DNA of 64,000 bases, taken from positions 74,023 to 138,022 of the forward strand of contig CAKZLY010000030.1 in assembly GCA_937127445.1 (NCBI GenBank), in the 5' to 3' direction. The translations under genes and the position numbers were made by a program. Below, in pieces: positions 1-9,396 of the stretch (its first letter is position 1; each line of letters opens with the position of its first letter). The notes below the pieces were generated by a model. It was not told the origin of the DNA and ran no database searches. It saw only the letters and a list, made by a program, of their open reading frames with translations. The DNA is from an uncultured Ignavibacteria bacterium. GTDB taxonomy: Bacteria; Bacteroidota; Ignavibacteria; Kapaibacteriales; UBA2268.

Positions 1-185
1 ATTTGAACAATTTTAGTACTATCGAGTTTTGTAACAGCCACGAAAAGAAAAGTTGTGTTACCTCCTTCATTTTCGTCGTGTATTTCATCAATAATCTCAT
101 ATTTGATAGATTTTTGGAAAAGTATGAAAGCAGCAATGATAATTATCACCACTGGGACAAGAAAGTATAATAATTTTTTTGGCAT
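1..185 (-). CDS. Partial CDS (runs off window start), N-terminal membrane anchor, function unknown
   Basis: ATG at 185 read manually gives MPKKLLYFLVPVVIIIIAAFILFQK..., open to position 1. It starts 10 nt after the stop of the upstream co-oriented gene. Confidence 0.6.
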   Translation of the reverse strand, partial: MPKKLLYFLVPVVIIIIAAFILFQKSIKYEIIDEIHDENEGGNTTFLFVAVTKLDSTKIVQ

Positions 186-195
186 AAAGCACCAT

Positions 196-951
196 TTATA
201 GAATATGAAGAAAATCTTGTAAGTAAGGAGTTGCAAAAGTGCTGAAAGCAAGCATAATAATACCAATACTCATTGGAACTACAAAATTATCGTCCATTTT
301 AAGCTTTTTGGAGGAAACTTCGGCAAATCCACCCGCAATTGCACCAAGCGAACCTGCTATAAAATAAGACACAGGTGCATCAAATGAAAACCCAAGGACA
401 AAGACCGCAGCGATAGCTGTTGTAATGAAGGCGATAGTTCCTTCCCAGGATTTATTGAAAAGCTTATGGCGACCGAATTTTCTACCGATAAGCGCTGCTG
501 CAATATCTGATACAATTAAAATTGTAAAGGCAGTAACAGCAATAATTTTTGGAAAAATCAAGATTGTAATTACAGCAGAAATAAGCACCCACGAAGCACC
601 GTTGAGCAATATCTTATTCTTTTTTCGTTCGTGCTTTCTTAAAATGCCTCCAAAAAGTTGCTTATAAATTTTACGCAAAAACTCATTTTTTTTAGTGGAA
701 ATATCAATTGTAACCATCAGTACAGCAAGAACAAACAAAATTACGATCGCTGTTTTTCTCTCGACAAATATATATCCAATTGGTATAGAAAGCGAACACA
801 AATGAATTAACTTACGAACAACTTCCTGATGATAGGGTATTTGTTCCTTTTGTTTTTTCTTATTTTTCAATTCGACTCTATTCCCATTTTGGGAGTTTTC
901 AACGAGTAGCTGATTATCCAAATTATTTTCAAGTTGTTTCGTTGTATTCAT
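196..951 (-). CDS. CTP-dependent polyprenol/diacylglycerol kinase family (SEC59/DGK1/VTE5-like) membrane protein
   Basis: RKLIH, SDIAAALIGRKFG, KSWEG and DDN motifs of the cytidylyltransferase/dolichol-phytol kinase family; multiple hydrophobic segments. Confidence 0.8.
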   Translation of the reverse strand: MNTTKQLENNLDNQLLVENSQNGNRVELKNKKKQKEQIPYHQEVVRKLIHLCSLSIPIGYIFVERKTAIVILFVLAVLMVTIDISTKKNEFLRKIYKQLFGGILRKHERKKNKILLNGASWVLISAVITILIFPKIIAVTAFTILIVSDIAAALIGRKFGRHKLFNKSWEGTIAFITTAIAAVFVLGFSFDAPVSYFIAGSLGAIAGGFAEVSSKKLKMDDNFVVPMSIGIIMLAFSTFATPYLQDFLHIL

Positions 952-990
952 AATTGATATTTGCTTTTGTTAGATGTAAAATACAAAATT

Positions 991-1815
991 ATGAAAACTT
1001 TAACAAAAAATGCTAACGCAAAAATAAACATTGGGCTACAAGTATTAAACAAACGAAGCGATAATTTTCATAATATTAACTCGATTTTTGTTCCGATAAG
1101 TCTTAGCGACGTAATCACAATAAGCGAAAACAATCAATTTGAGCTTCGAAGTAATGTTAAATTTAATATTACGGATGATGAAAATCTTGTTATAAAAGCT
1201 GCGAAAAAATTTAATGAATCGCTTGGAATAAGTAAAGCATATAGAATAAAATTGCAAAAAGAGATACCAATGCAAGCGGGACTTGGTGGTGGAAGTGCAG
1301 ATGCAGCAGTTGTTTTGAAGATGCTCAACGAGATGAACGGCAACCCATTCAGTAATGAATACTTAGCAAAACTTGCTCTTGAACTCGGTTCAGATGTTCC
1401 TTTCTTCATTTACAATAAACCAGTAATAGCCCGAGGACGTGGTGAAATTCTTCAATTTATTAACTTTAGAAGAGATATTCATATATTAGTTGTTTTTCCG
1501 AATATTAATATTTCAACAAAAGAAGCATACGAAGCATTACATAGAACGAAAGAGCCATTGCAAGAAATTGACTTTTATTCTGCATTTCATACCGGCCAAT
1601 ATCATCTAATAAGAAATGATTTTGAGCAATATGCGATTGAAAAACATAAAGAAATTCGACAAATCAAGGATATTCTGTATGAAAATGGCTCATTTTTTGC
1701 TTTAATGAGTGGAAGTGGTTCTGCTGTATATGGGATGTTTAATAGTTTAGAAGAAATGGCAAAAACAGCAGAAAAATTAGATACCTATAAAACATATTTT
1801 TGCAAAACTATATAG
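991..1815 (+). CDS. ispE: 4-diphosphocytidyl-2-C-methyl-D-erythritol kinase
   Basis: AKINIGL, IPMQAGLGGGSADAA (GHMP ATP loop), LGSDVPFF, MSGSGS. Start set at ATG 991. Confidence 0.95.
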   Translation: MKTLTKNANAKINIGLQVLNKRSDNFHNINSIFVPISLSDVITISENNQFELRSNVKFNITDDENLVIKAAKKFNESLGISKAYRIKLQKEIPMQAGLGGGSADAAVVLKMLNEMNGNPFSNEYLAKLALELGSDVPFFIYNKPVIARGRGEILQFINFRRDIHILVVFPNINISTKEAYEALHRTKEPLQEIDFYSAFHTGQYHLIRNDFEQYAIEKHKEIRQIKDILYENGSFFALMSGSGSAVYGMFNSLEEMAKTAEKLDTYKTYFCKTI

Positions 1816-1821
1816 AACAAT

Positions 1822-3288
1822 ATGAATATATTACTTGTATCGGCAGAAATTGAACCGTTTGCAAAAACAGGTGGATTAGCAGATGTATGTGCCACCTTAC
1901 CTAGAGAATGGCAGCGACTTGGGCAGAACCCAATTATTGTAATGCCAAAATATGGATTTATTAATGTTGAAAAATGGGGATTTCGTCCTACATTTCTGAC
2001 ACTAATTGTTCCGATGGGTTATTGGACAGAATTCGCACACATTTGGGAAGGAACACTACCTAATAGTGATGTCCCTGTATATTTAATTGAGCACAATCAG
2101 TATTTCGATAGACCCGGCATATATGGCAATGCAAATGAATATATAGATAATAATAGAAGATTTATTTTCCTTGCAAGGGCAGCATTTGAAGTTGCAAAAG
2201 CATTAGATTTCACACCTGACATTATTCATGCACATGATTTTCACACAGCTTTTGCGATGCCATTTTTGAAAGCAATATATAGAAATGATTATAGATTTTC
2301 GAAAACAGCTGGAGTATTCACAATTCATAATCTGGCTTATCAAGGACGATATGAACCGCTCTCAACAATGGAATTCTCAACGTTCGGGATGAAGGAGTTT
2401 TATCCAGGTTCGTGGTTTGAATATTATGGAAGTGTTAATTTTATGAAAGTCGGAATAATGTTTGCCGACAAGATAACAACAGTTAGCCCGACTTATGCAC
2501 GAGAAATACGTTATCCCTATTATGGTGAAGGGCTTCACGATGTTTTGAATTATAGAGGAGCAGATTTAATTGGTGTGTTGAATGGAGTTTATTATAATGA
2601 TTGGGACCCAAATATTGACAAATTTATTTATAAAAATTACAATATAGATAGTTTGCATCTAAAAAATGATGTCAAGAAAAGTTTTTTATATGAAAATGGG
2701 TTAAATGATTATGACAATCTTGATAAACCTCTGATAGGAATGGTTAGCCGATTGACAGAGCAAAAAGGGATTGACTTAGTTCGTTACAAGATCGAGCAGT
2801 ATTTAGCAGAGGGAGCTTTTAGGTTTGCTTTATTGGGTTCTGGAAATAAGAAAGACGAGGACTTTTTCGTATATCTCAAATGGAAATATCCGAAAGATGC
2901 ATTAATACAAATAGGATATAGCGATTTGCTTTCACATCGAATAATAGCTGCATCAGACTTTTTCTTAATGCCATCGCGGTTTGAGCCTTGCGGGCTAACA
3001 CAGATGTATTCAATGAAATATGGAACGATACCTATCGTTCGTCAAACGGGTGGGCTTGCGGATACTGTATTCGAGTATAATTACGCAACTGGCGAAGGCA
3101 ACGGATTTAATTTTTACCAGTATAATGCGGATGATATGGCTTGGGCAATTCGGCGAGCATTGTCTATATACAACAATCAACCACACTGGGATATTATTCG
3201 GCAGAATATGATGAAAATGGATTTCTCTTCGAGCAAAACTGCAATGGAATACTTAAAAGTGTTTACGTGGGCACTCGAAAAAGTATAA
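1822..3288 (+). CDS. glgA: Glycogen synthase (GT5)
   Basis: KTGGLADV, HAHDFH, TIHNLAYQG, SRLTEQKG, PSRFEPCGLTQ, TGGLADTV. Confidence 0.95.
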   Translation: MNILLVSAEIEPFAKTGGLADVCATLPREWQRLGQNPIIVMPKYGFINVEKWGFRPTFLTLIVPMGYWTEFAHIWEGTLPNSDVPVYLIEHNQYFDRPGIYGNANEYIDNNRRFIFLARAAFEVAKALDFTPDIIHAHDFHTAFAMPFLKAIYRNDYRFSKTAGVFTIHNLAYQGRYEPLSTMEFSTFGMKEFYPGSWFEYYGSVNFMKVGIMFADKITTVSPTYAREIRYPYYGEGLHDVLNYRGADLIGVLNGVYYNDWDPNIDKFIYKNYNIDSLHLKNDVKKSFLYENGLNDYDNLDKPLIGMVSRLTEQKGIDLVRYKIEQYLAEGAFRFALLGSGNKKDEDFFVYLKWKYPKDALIQIGYSDLLSHRIIAASDFFLMPSRFEPCGLTQMYSMKYGTIPIVRQTGGLADTVFEYNYATGEGNGFNFYQYNADDMAWAIRRALSIYNNQPHWDIIRQNMMKMDFSSSKTAMEYLKVFTWALEKV

Positions 3289-3319
3289 AAAAGGAGGCAA
3301 GTTGATTACCTCCTTTTTT
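3287..3319. terminator. Bidirectional intrinsic terminator
   Basis: AAAAAAGGAGG-loop-CCTCCTTTTTT between convergent genes. Confidence 0.8.
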
Positions 3320-3334
3320 ATGTATATCTAATGA

Positions 3335-3760
3335 TTATTTAGCTTCTTCGGCTTTCTCTAATATAAAGAAATTAACTCCGGAAACTTGTTTAGCCATACC
3401 GTAGAGAGCAATTTTTTTGCCTACAAGTGGAACGATTTTTTCGACGGCATAGGTATTGTCGTTTTTATCAACGACTACATAGTAAGTTTCGGCAGATTTG
3501 AAGAGGAGAAACGCACCATCTTTTAGCATTTTTGTAGCAGCCTGGACATCAGTCAGAGGAGCATTGTTGCCTTGAGCAGCCAAATCAAGACTAATGAGTT
3601 CCCCGACTAAAGGAGTTTGAGTAAAGTCGTTAGGGTCCTGAGCTTGCTTGAGAGCTTCTTCCATAGTAGGAGTTTTTTCTAATTCTTCGGGTTTAGGTTG
3701 TTCTTTGCAAGCAGTAAAAACGACCATTAAAGCAGCAAGAATCAACAATAATTTTTTCAT
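3335..3760 (-). CDS. Hypothetical lipoprotein (paralogue of 3775..4236)
   Basis: Lipobox FTAC after a hydrophobic signal; strong GGAGGAG RBS upstream. Confidence 0.75.
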   Translation of the reverse strand: MKKLLLILAALMVVFTACKEQPKPEELEKTPTMEEALKQAQDPNDFTQTPLVGELISLDLAAQGNNAPLTDVQAATKMLKDGAFLLFKSAETYYVVVDKNDNTYAVEKIVPLVGKKIALYGMAKQVSGVNFFILEKAEEAK

Positions 3761-3774
3761 TTATTTACTCCTCC

Positions 3775-4236
3775 TTATTCCACAGGTTGCATTTGTTTAG
3801 CAAAAATTACAGCGAAGCCATTGATATAACGAATTTCACCGGCGATACCAAGATTTTGCACGCCAGCGAATTTAGCAAGGCTGCGACCGTCGAAAGCATT
3901 TTTAGTATTATATACTAAATAGATTTGGTCGGCTGCTTTAAGAGCAAGAGGCTGATTTTTTCTGACCATTTCATCAGCTTCGGCTTTTGTAACGACTGGG
4001 TCTGCACCCATAGCCAATTTTGTAAGGCTGATTACCTGTCCAGTAACATCAGCTTTAAACTGTTGAGTTTTTACAGCTTTTTGAGGTTGAGCAACGGGTT
4101 TAGTAGCTTCTTGAGTGAGAGTTTTTTTAGTTGCTTCGGCAGGCTCTTGTGGAAGAGTTTTTTTGACTGCTTCCTGAGCATTCACTACAACAAAAAGAAA
4201 AGCAAAAAGACTAAACAAACCAATAATTTTTTTCAT
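3775..4236 (-). CDS. Hypothetical secreted protein with a KKTLxQE repeat linker
   Basis: Signal peptide MKKIIGLFSLFAFLFVVVNA-Q; GGAG RBS 7 nt upstream of ATG 4236. Confidence 0.75.
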   Translation of the reverse strand: MKKIIGLFSLFAFLFVVVNAQEAVKKTLPQEPAEATKKTLTQEATKPVAQPQKAVKTQQFKADVTGQVISLTKLAMGADPVVTKAEADEMVRKNQPLALKAADQIYLVYNTKNAFDGRSLAKFAGVQNLGIAGEIRYINGFAVIFAKQMQPVE

Positions 4237-4254
4237 AGTCAAACTCCATTAATA

Positions 4255-5160
4255 TTAGTTAGAAGTTTTTGCGTAAGGGACACCAGCAACTTTTTGATAA
4301 GAGATTTTCATCTTAACGTACTTATCATTACCCGAACCCTGCAAGAAACCGCCACTACCACGTTCTACAAGAACTTTAGCATAATTATAATTGGTTTGTC
4401 CTTGACGTTGAATGCGAACAACAAAGACAAGACCAGTTTGACCATTGTCGAGTTGCAAAAGATTTAATCTTCTTTCAGCAAAATTTAAAGTATTGAGAGC
4501 AGCTTTTTCTAAAATATTATCAAGTGTATTAGTTTCCCAATAAGTATCAGCAATTTCAACTTTGTCGGTTGGAGTTCCAGTACCAATATTAATTTGGCTA
4601 GCAGAACCGAAGAATAGAGCACCAGTAGTTCGATTATCTAAACCAAGATGCCACTTGGTTTTTTCAGTAGCTTTTAAATTTTCAGGTTTGTTGTTTTGGC
4701 CATAAATAGTCAATCCAGAACCATATTGGGATTCGTAGACATACATTCTTATGTCGTCAGTTTCAAAACGGGATGCAGGGGACCAGGTTACGGAAGTTGA
4801 ACCAGTACTAGTTTTGTTGTCAGAATTTACAGATTTTAAAGTGAAAGTATAAACAACACCTTCTTGCAAACCGGAGACTTTGTAATTATCAGTTTTGCCG
4901 ATTTTAATAGGAGTCATGGGATTACCACCAGTAACAGTGAGTTCATAACCGGCGAACCAGCTTGAGTCGTAGCTTGCTGATTTGTCCCATTTAAGCAGAA
5001 CTTCTGTAGCAGAAATAGATGTTGCCCGAAGATTAGTCGGAGCAGCAGGGATTGGCTTGTCGGCAGAGACAGGATCGTCTGTATCTTCTTCGCAAGCAGT
5101 AAAAATTAGAGCACTTAGCAAAAAAAAGGCAAACAAACTAAACAATTTTAATAATTTCAT
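4255..5160 (-). CDS. Lipoprotein with fibronectin type III domain and HmuY-like C-terminal domain
   Basis: Lipobox FTAC; FN3 pattern PAAPTNL..VLLKW..GYEL..YKVSGLQEGVVYTFTLKSVN; C-terminal W-x-L-x-L ... VFVVR ... YAKV ... YV-x-M-x-I-x-YQ pattern. Confidence 0.7.
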   Translation of the reverse strand: MKLLKLFSLFAFFLLSALIFTACEEDTDDPVSADKPIPAAPTNLRATSISATEVLLKWDKSASYDSSWFAGYELTVTGGNPMTPIKIGKTDNYKVSGLQEGVVYTFTLKSVNSDNKTSTGSTSVTWSPASRFETDDIRMYVYESQYGSGLTIYGQNNKPENLKATEKTKWHLGLDNRTTGALFFGSASQINIGTGTPTDKVEIADTYWETNTLDNILEKAALNTLNFAERRLNLLQLDNGQTGLVFVVRIQRQGQTNYNYAKVLVERGSGGFLQGSGNDKYVKMKISYQKVAGVPYAKTSN

Positions 5161-5265
5161 AAAAACCTCTGAATATTGTTGAAAAAATTAATTAAAGATT
5201 AATTACGTCATTTATTTGAATAATATAAACGATAGTACAATATTTTAAGTGTAATTATTATTATT

Positions 5266-6675
5266 ATGGATAACGACACTTTCTTTAAGATGTTACAACA
5301 AATTTCTGAATGGATAATCAGATATTACGAAAATATCGAAAGTTATCCGGTAAAATCGCAAGTAGTGCCACGCGAAATTTATAAAAAAGTATCCGAACTT
5401 GACAATAAATCGCCCACGAATATTGAAAAAATATTATCAGATTTTGAAAAAATCATACTACCTGGAATAACACACTGGCAAAGTCCAAATTTTTTTGCAT
5501 ATTTTCCTGCTAACACCTCTCCCCCATCTATACTTGCGGAAATGCTAACATCAGCAATTGCTGCACAATGTATGGTATGGGAAACTTCACCAGCAGCCGC
5601 TGAATTAGAGGAATTTACACTAAAATTGTTACGTGAATATATTGGACTTCCGGAAAGCTTCAATGGAGTGATTCAAGATACAGCTTCGACGGCAACATTG
5701 GTTGCATTAATTGTTGCAAGAGAAAAAAAATCTTCTTTTTCAATTAATGAAAATGGGTTCGATGGGAAAATTTACAGAGTTTATTGCTCGGAGGAAGCAC
5801 ATTCATCTATTGAAAAAGCAGCAAAAATAGCTGGATATGGTAGAAAAAATGTTGTTAAAATACCCACTGATCAAAATTTTGCGATGAGAGTTAACTTGCT
5901 TGAAAAATCTATTTTAGAAGACATTGAAAAAGGATTTATACCTTGTGCGGTAGTATCTGCCTTTGGAACAACAAGTTCGACAGCGATAGACCCAATAGAT
6001 GAAATTGCCGAAATAGCCTCAAAATATGGTCTATTTCATCATGTTGATGGAGCTTTGGCTGGTTCGGCATTGATTGTACCGGAAATGCGACAATTTGCTA
6101 AAGGCATAGAAAAAGCTAATTCGTTCGTATTTAACCCGCATAAATGGCTGCTCACAAACTTTGATTGTTCCGTGCATTTTGTGAAAGATAAGGAAATACT
6201 AATAAGAACTTTTTCGATAACACCTGAATATTTAAAAACGTCAGTTGATGATCAAGTAAATAATTACCGTGATTGGGGAATTCAGCTTGGGAGACGTTTT
6301 CGTGCCTTGAAATTGTGGTTCGTTATGAGATATTATGGATTGGAGGGATTGCAGAAATTTATTCGTGAGCATTTATCACTTGCGAAATACTTTGCAGAAA
6401 ACATTGTAGCTGAAGGTGATTTTGAATTGCTTGCACCAGTGTATTTCAATACAGTTTGTTTTAGATATATAAGAAGTGATGGGAAGAGAAACGTAGACGA
6501 AATTAACGAAGAATTGCTGAAGACATTGAATAAAAGTGGGAGAATATATATAACTCACACTAAACTAAATGGAAAATACATAATTCGATTTGTAGTTGGG
6601 CAGACAAATACAAAAAAGCGGCACATAGATGCCGCTCTGGAACTAATTAAACAAACTGCAAGAAATTTAGTTTAG
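5266..6675 (+). CDS. PLP-dependent aromatic L-amino acid decarboxylase (group II)
   Basis: PGITHWQSPNFFAYFP, SPAAAELE, AHSSIEKA, HVDGA, NPHKW (PLP lysine), GRRFRALKLW. Confidence 0.9.
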   Translation: MDNDTFFKMLQQISEWIIRYYENIESYPVKSQVVPREIYKKVSELDNKSPTNIEKILSDFEKIILPGITHWQSPNFFAYFPANTSPPSILAEMLTSAIAAQCMVWETSPAAAELEEFTLKLLREYIGLPESFNGVIQDTASTATLVALIVAREKKSSFSINENGFDGKIYRVYCSEEAHSSIEKAAKIAGYGRKNVVKIPTDQNFAMRVNLLEKSILEDIEKGFIPCAVVSAFGTTSSTAIDPIDEIAEIASKYGLFHHVDGALAGSALIVPEMRQFAKGIEKANSFVFNPHKWLLTNFDCSVHFVKDKEILIRTFSITPEYLKTSVDDQVNNYRDWGIQLGRRFRALKLWFVMRYYGLEGLQKFIREHLSLAKYFAENIVAEGDFELLAPVYFNTVCFRYIRSDGKRNVDEINEELLKTLNKSGRIYITHTKLNGKYIIRFVVGQTNTKKRHIDAALELIKQTARNLV

Positions 6676-6888
6676 GCTGCAAGAGCCGCCACAACAACCA
6701 CCAAAATCACAAGATGAGGTCATTTCTGAAGAACCGCCTTGTGAAATTAATCCAGTAGTGGACATTACTTTTCTGTAGGCAGTGGAACCGCAGCTGGGGC
6801 ATACTATTGCACGTTCATCTTCGCGAACTTTGTGGAAAATTTCGTATTTTGCTCCACATTCTTCGCATTTGTAAGTGTAAATAGGCAT
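6667..6888 (-). CDS. FmdB-family zinc-ribbon protein
   Basis: MPIYTYKCEECG...CPSCG and Cys/Gly tail CDFGGCCGGSC. Overlaps the convergent decarboxylase by 9 nt. Confidence 0.85.
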   Translation of the reverse strand: MPIYTYKCEECGAKYEIFHKVREDERAIVCPSCGSTAYRKVMSTTGLISQGGSSEMTSSCDFGGCCGGSCSLN

Positions 6889-7011
6889 TATACTACTTAA
6901 TTATTGTTTTACATTACTCTTCGTTCATATAGACGACAGATTAACTTTTATATTATGAATTATTATTTTCTTTTTAAATTGCATTTTTGTGTAATTATTC
7001 AAAGAAATAAA

Positions 7012-9309
7012 ATGAAAACAAAGCAAAACGAAAGGAATCAGACAAAAGAAATCAAATCAAGTTATTATTGGTATATAGCAATAGGGTTATTTGTAATAAC
7101 GACAGCGATTTTCTTTTGGGATCATTTGTTTGGAAATTCGTTTTTGTGGGAAGACTTTGCGGAATATGTTTATCCGGTTCAGACATTTGCAGCAAGAGAG
7201 TCTGCAAATTGGAGGATACCGCTTTGGAATCCATTTTCATTTGCAGGAATGCCCTTTTTGGCTGATATACAAGTAGGATTTTTTTATCCATTGAATAGGA
7301 TATTAACATTATTTGTTGGATCGGACGGCACTTTGCCCGTGAAAATGCTTGAATTATCGTTGATAATTCATTTTTTGATTGCACAGATTTCAATGTTTGC
7401 ATTGATGAAGTATTTCAAAGTAAGTTTTTGGGCAGCAATAGTATCAGCAATCTCATATTCATTTTCATTTTTGCTTGTTTGCCATGCAATACACCCGATG
7501 ATTGTGATCCACTTATCTTGGTTTCCATTAATATTTATGTACTATCATAAGGCAAATTCACTAAGTTCCATAAAATCGGGAGTGATTTCGGGACTATTAT
7601 TGGGAATGATAATGCTATCTGGTCACCCACAAATGACGTTATACATTTCATTGTTTTTGGGAGTATATTTTATTTGGAGCTTAATTATCGATATAACCCA
7701 AAAAACAATAAACGCAAAGAATATTTTAAAGTATGTTACTGCTTCATTATTGCCATTTTTAATAGCTACCGGACTATTTCAAATACAATATTTGCCATCA
7801 AGCGAGTTAGCAGATCTATCGCGAAGGCAGGAAATGACATTTGAAGCAGCTTCGGAAGGTTCGCTTGAACCACCACAAGTAATTTCGTCGGTTGTGCCAA
7901 AATTTTTCGGTTATACAGATGCAACAGGAGAGTCGAAGGTCGCATTTCAATTAAAAAAGAAGAATAATAAAGGTAATTATGAACCATTTCAATACTATTA
8001 TTACTGGGAAACAGCATATTATTTTGGAGTTGTCGCATTAATGCTTGGAATGCTTGGAATAATAGGATTGATGAAAACTAATAGGTTGGTAGCTTTTTTG
8101 GCTGTATTTTCTATATTTGCATTAATATTTGCAATGGGAAGCAATGGATTTTTATACTATTTCTTCTATAAACTTCCTTTCTTTGCAAAATTAAGAATTC
8201 CGGCAAGGATGGCATTTGCAATCGCTTTTGGCTTTTCGGTAATTGCAGGATTTGCAATTGATAAGCTCAGAGATTTCAGTCTAAAACAAATTTTGATGGC
8301 TACGGTATTTCCGTTGCTTGTGGCATTTCTAACAGCAATAGGTGCATTGCAGTCCTTTTTCAGTATAGATGAAAATTCCATTTCAATAATTCAAAACTAC
8401 GGAGCAACTGCATTATTCTTTGTAGTATCTACGTTAATTATTATTTATTTGGGAAGTAAAAATAAATTATCTATATCATTTGCAGCAGTATTACTGGCAT
8501 TACTCGCATTTATTGATTTATATATAGCTGGGGCTGATTTTAATCGCTCGAAAAACGATTACTCGAAGCAATATCAATTACCTGAACAGACGTTGGGCGC
8601 ATTCAGATCGAAATACCCTAATGAAATTTTTAGAGTTAATTCGAGAATATATAATCCGCCGTTTATGGCAATGAAACGTAACCAAGGTATGGTTTCTGGG
8701 ATTGAGCTTCTCGAAGGTTACAACCCATTAGTTCTCGAACGAAATGTTCCGCCACTAAGTCGTGATGAAATACACAAATTATTGAATGTCAAATACGAGA
8801 TAGCGATTGATTCGGTCAGAATGTCTCCATATTTTGCTGAGCGAAAAGATCGTTTGCCAAGAGCTTGGCTTGTTGGCTCGGCTATTGTAATGAAAGAAGA
8901 CAGTGTATCTGAATTTATGAAAGGTAAATCTGTTGATTACTCTCAGATTGCTGTAATTGAAAAACGACCAGAAATTAATTTACCAAGCGAAATTGACACA
9001 AATTTTACAGGAGCAGCAAAAATCACACACTATTCTCCCAATTTGATCAAAGTTGAAACAAGTGCAAATAAAGCGTCATTGCTTTGTTTAAGCGAAATAT
9101 ATTATCCATTGTGGATTGCCAAAGTTGACGAGAAAGAAGCCGAAATCATTCGTGCAAATTATTGTTTGCGAAGCATAGCTCTTCCATCAGGCACACACAC
9201 AGTGGAACTTGTAGCATATTCAAATAAATTTGTTAGTGGGATATGGATTTCACTGATAACGCTTGCTCTATCAATAGTTTTAATTATTATCTATAGAAAG
9301 AAAGAGTAA
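7012..9309 (+). CDS. YfhO-family (GT-C fold) membrane glycosyltransferase
   Basis: PLWNPFSFAGMPFLAD, FYP, GHPQ, RIPAR; C-terminal LPRAW...SEIYYPLW...ANY...LPSGTH; many TM segments. Start at ATG 7012. Confidence 0.85.
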   Translation: MKTKQNERNQTKEIKSSYYWYIAIGLFVITTAIFFWDHLFGNSFLWEDFAEYVYPVQTFAARESANWRIPLWNPFSFAGMPFLADIQVGFFYPLNRILTLFVGSDGTLPVKMLELSLIIHFLIAQISMFALMKYFKVSFWAAIVSAISYSFSFLLVCHAIHPMIVIHLSWFPLIFMYYHKANSLSSIKSGVISGLLLGMIMLSGHPQMTLYISLFLGVYFIWSLIIDITQKTINAKNILKYVTASLLPFLIATGLFQIQYLPSSELADLSRRQEMTFEAASEGSLEPPQVISSVVPKFFGYTDATGESKVAFQLKKKNNKGNYEPFQYYYYWETAYYFGVVALMLGMLGIIGLMKTNRLVAFLAVFSIFALIFAMGSNGFLYYFFYKLPFFAKLRIPARMAFAIAFGFSVIAGFAIDKLRDFSLKQILMATVFPLLVAFLTAIGALQSFFSIDENSISIIQNYGATALFFVVSTLIIIYLGSKNKLSISFAAVLLALLAFIDLYIAGADFNRSKNDYSKQYQLPEQTLGAFRSKYPNEIFRVNSRIYNPPFMAMKRNQGMVSGIELLEGYNPLVLERNVPPLSRDEIHKLLNVKYEIAIDSVRMSPYFAERKDRLPRAWLVGSAIVMKEDSVSEFMKGKSVDYSQIAVIEKRPEINLPSEIDTNFTGAAKITHYSPNLIKVETSANKASLLCLSEIYYPLWIAKVDEKEAEIIRANYCLRSIALPSGTHTVELVAYSNKFVSGIWISLITLALSIVLIIIYRKKE

Positions 9310-9396
9310 TCTCCCAAAATAAAGATTTGAAATATTTAATTTTTTTTCATTATTTTAATTTAGTGAATTTGTTTCACTAAATGTATATAATTGATA

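Noticed and set aside
4243..4257. Possible stop-codon readthrough joining the FN3 lipoprotein to the in-frame downstream gene
   Set aside because: A second in-frame TAA follows two codons later, and the downstream gene has its own RBS and signal peptide.
3925..4467. 180-aa plus-strand ORF
   Set aside because: Antisense shadow of two well-supported minus-strand genes; Phe/Ser-rich with no motif or RBS.
7850..7861. Half-matches to the REP-like arm here and near 28267
   Set aside because: Single arms inside coding sequence with no partner stem; likely chance.
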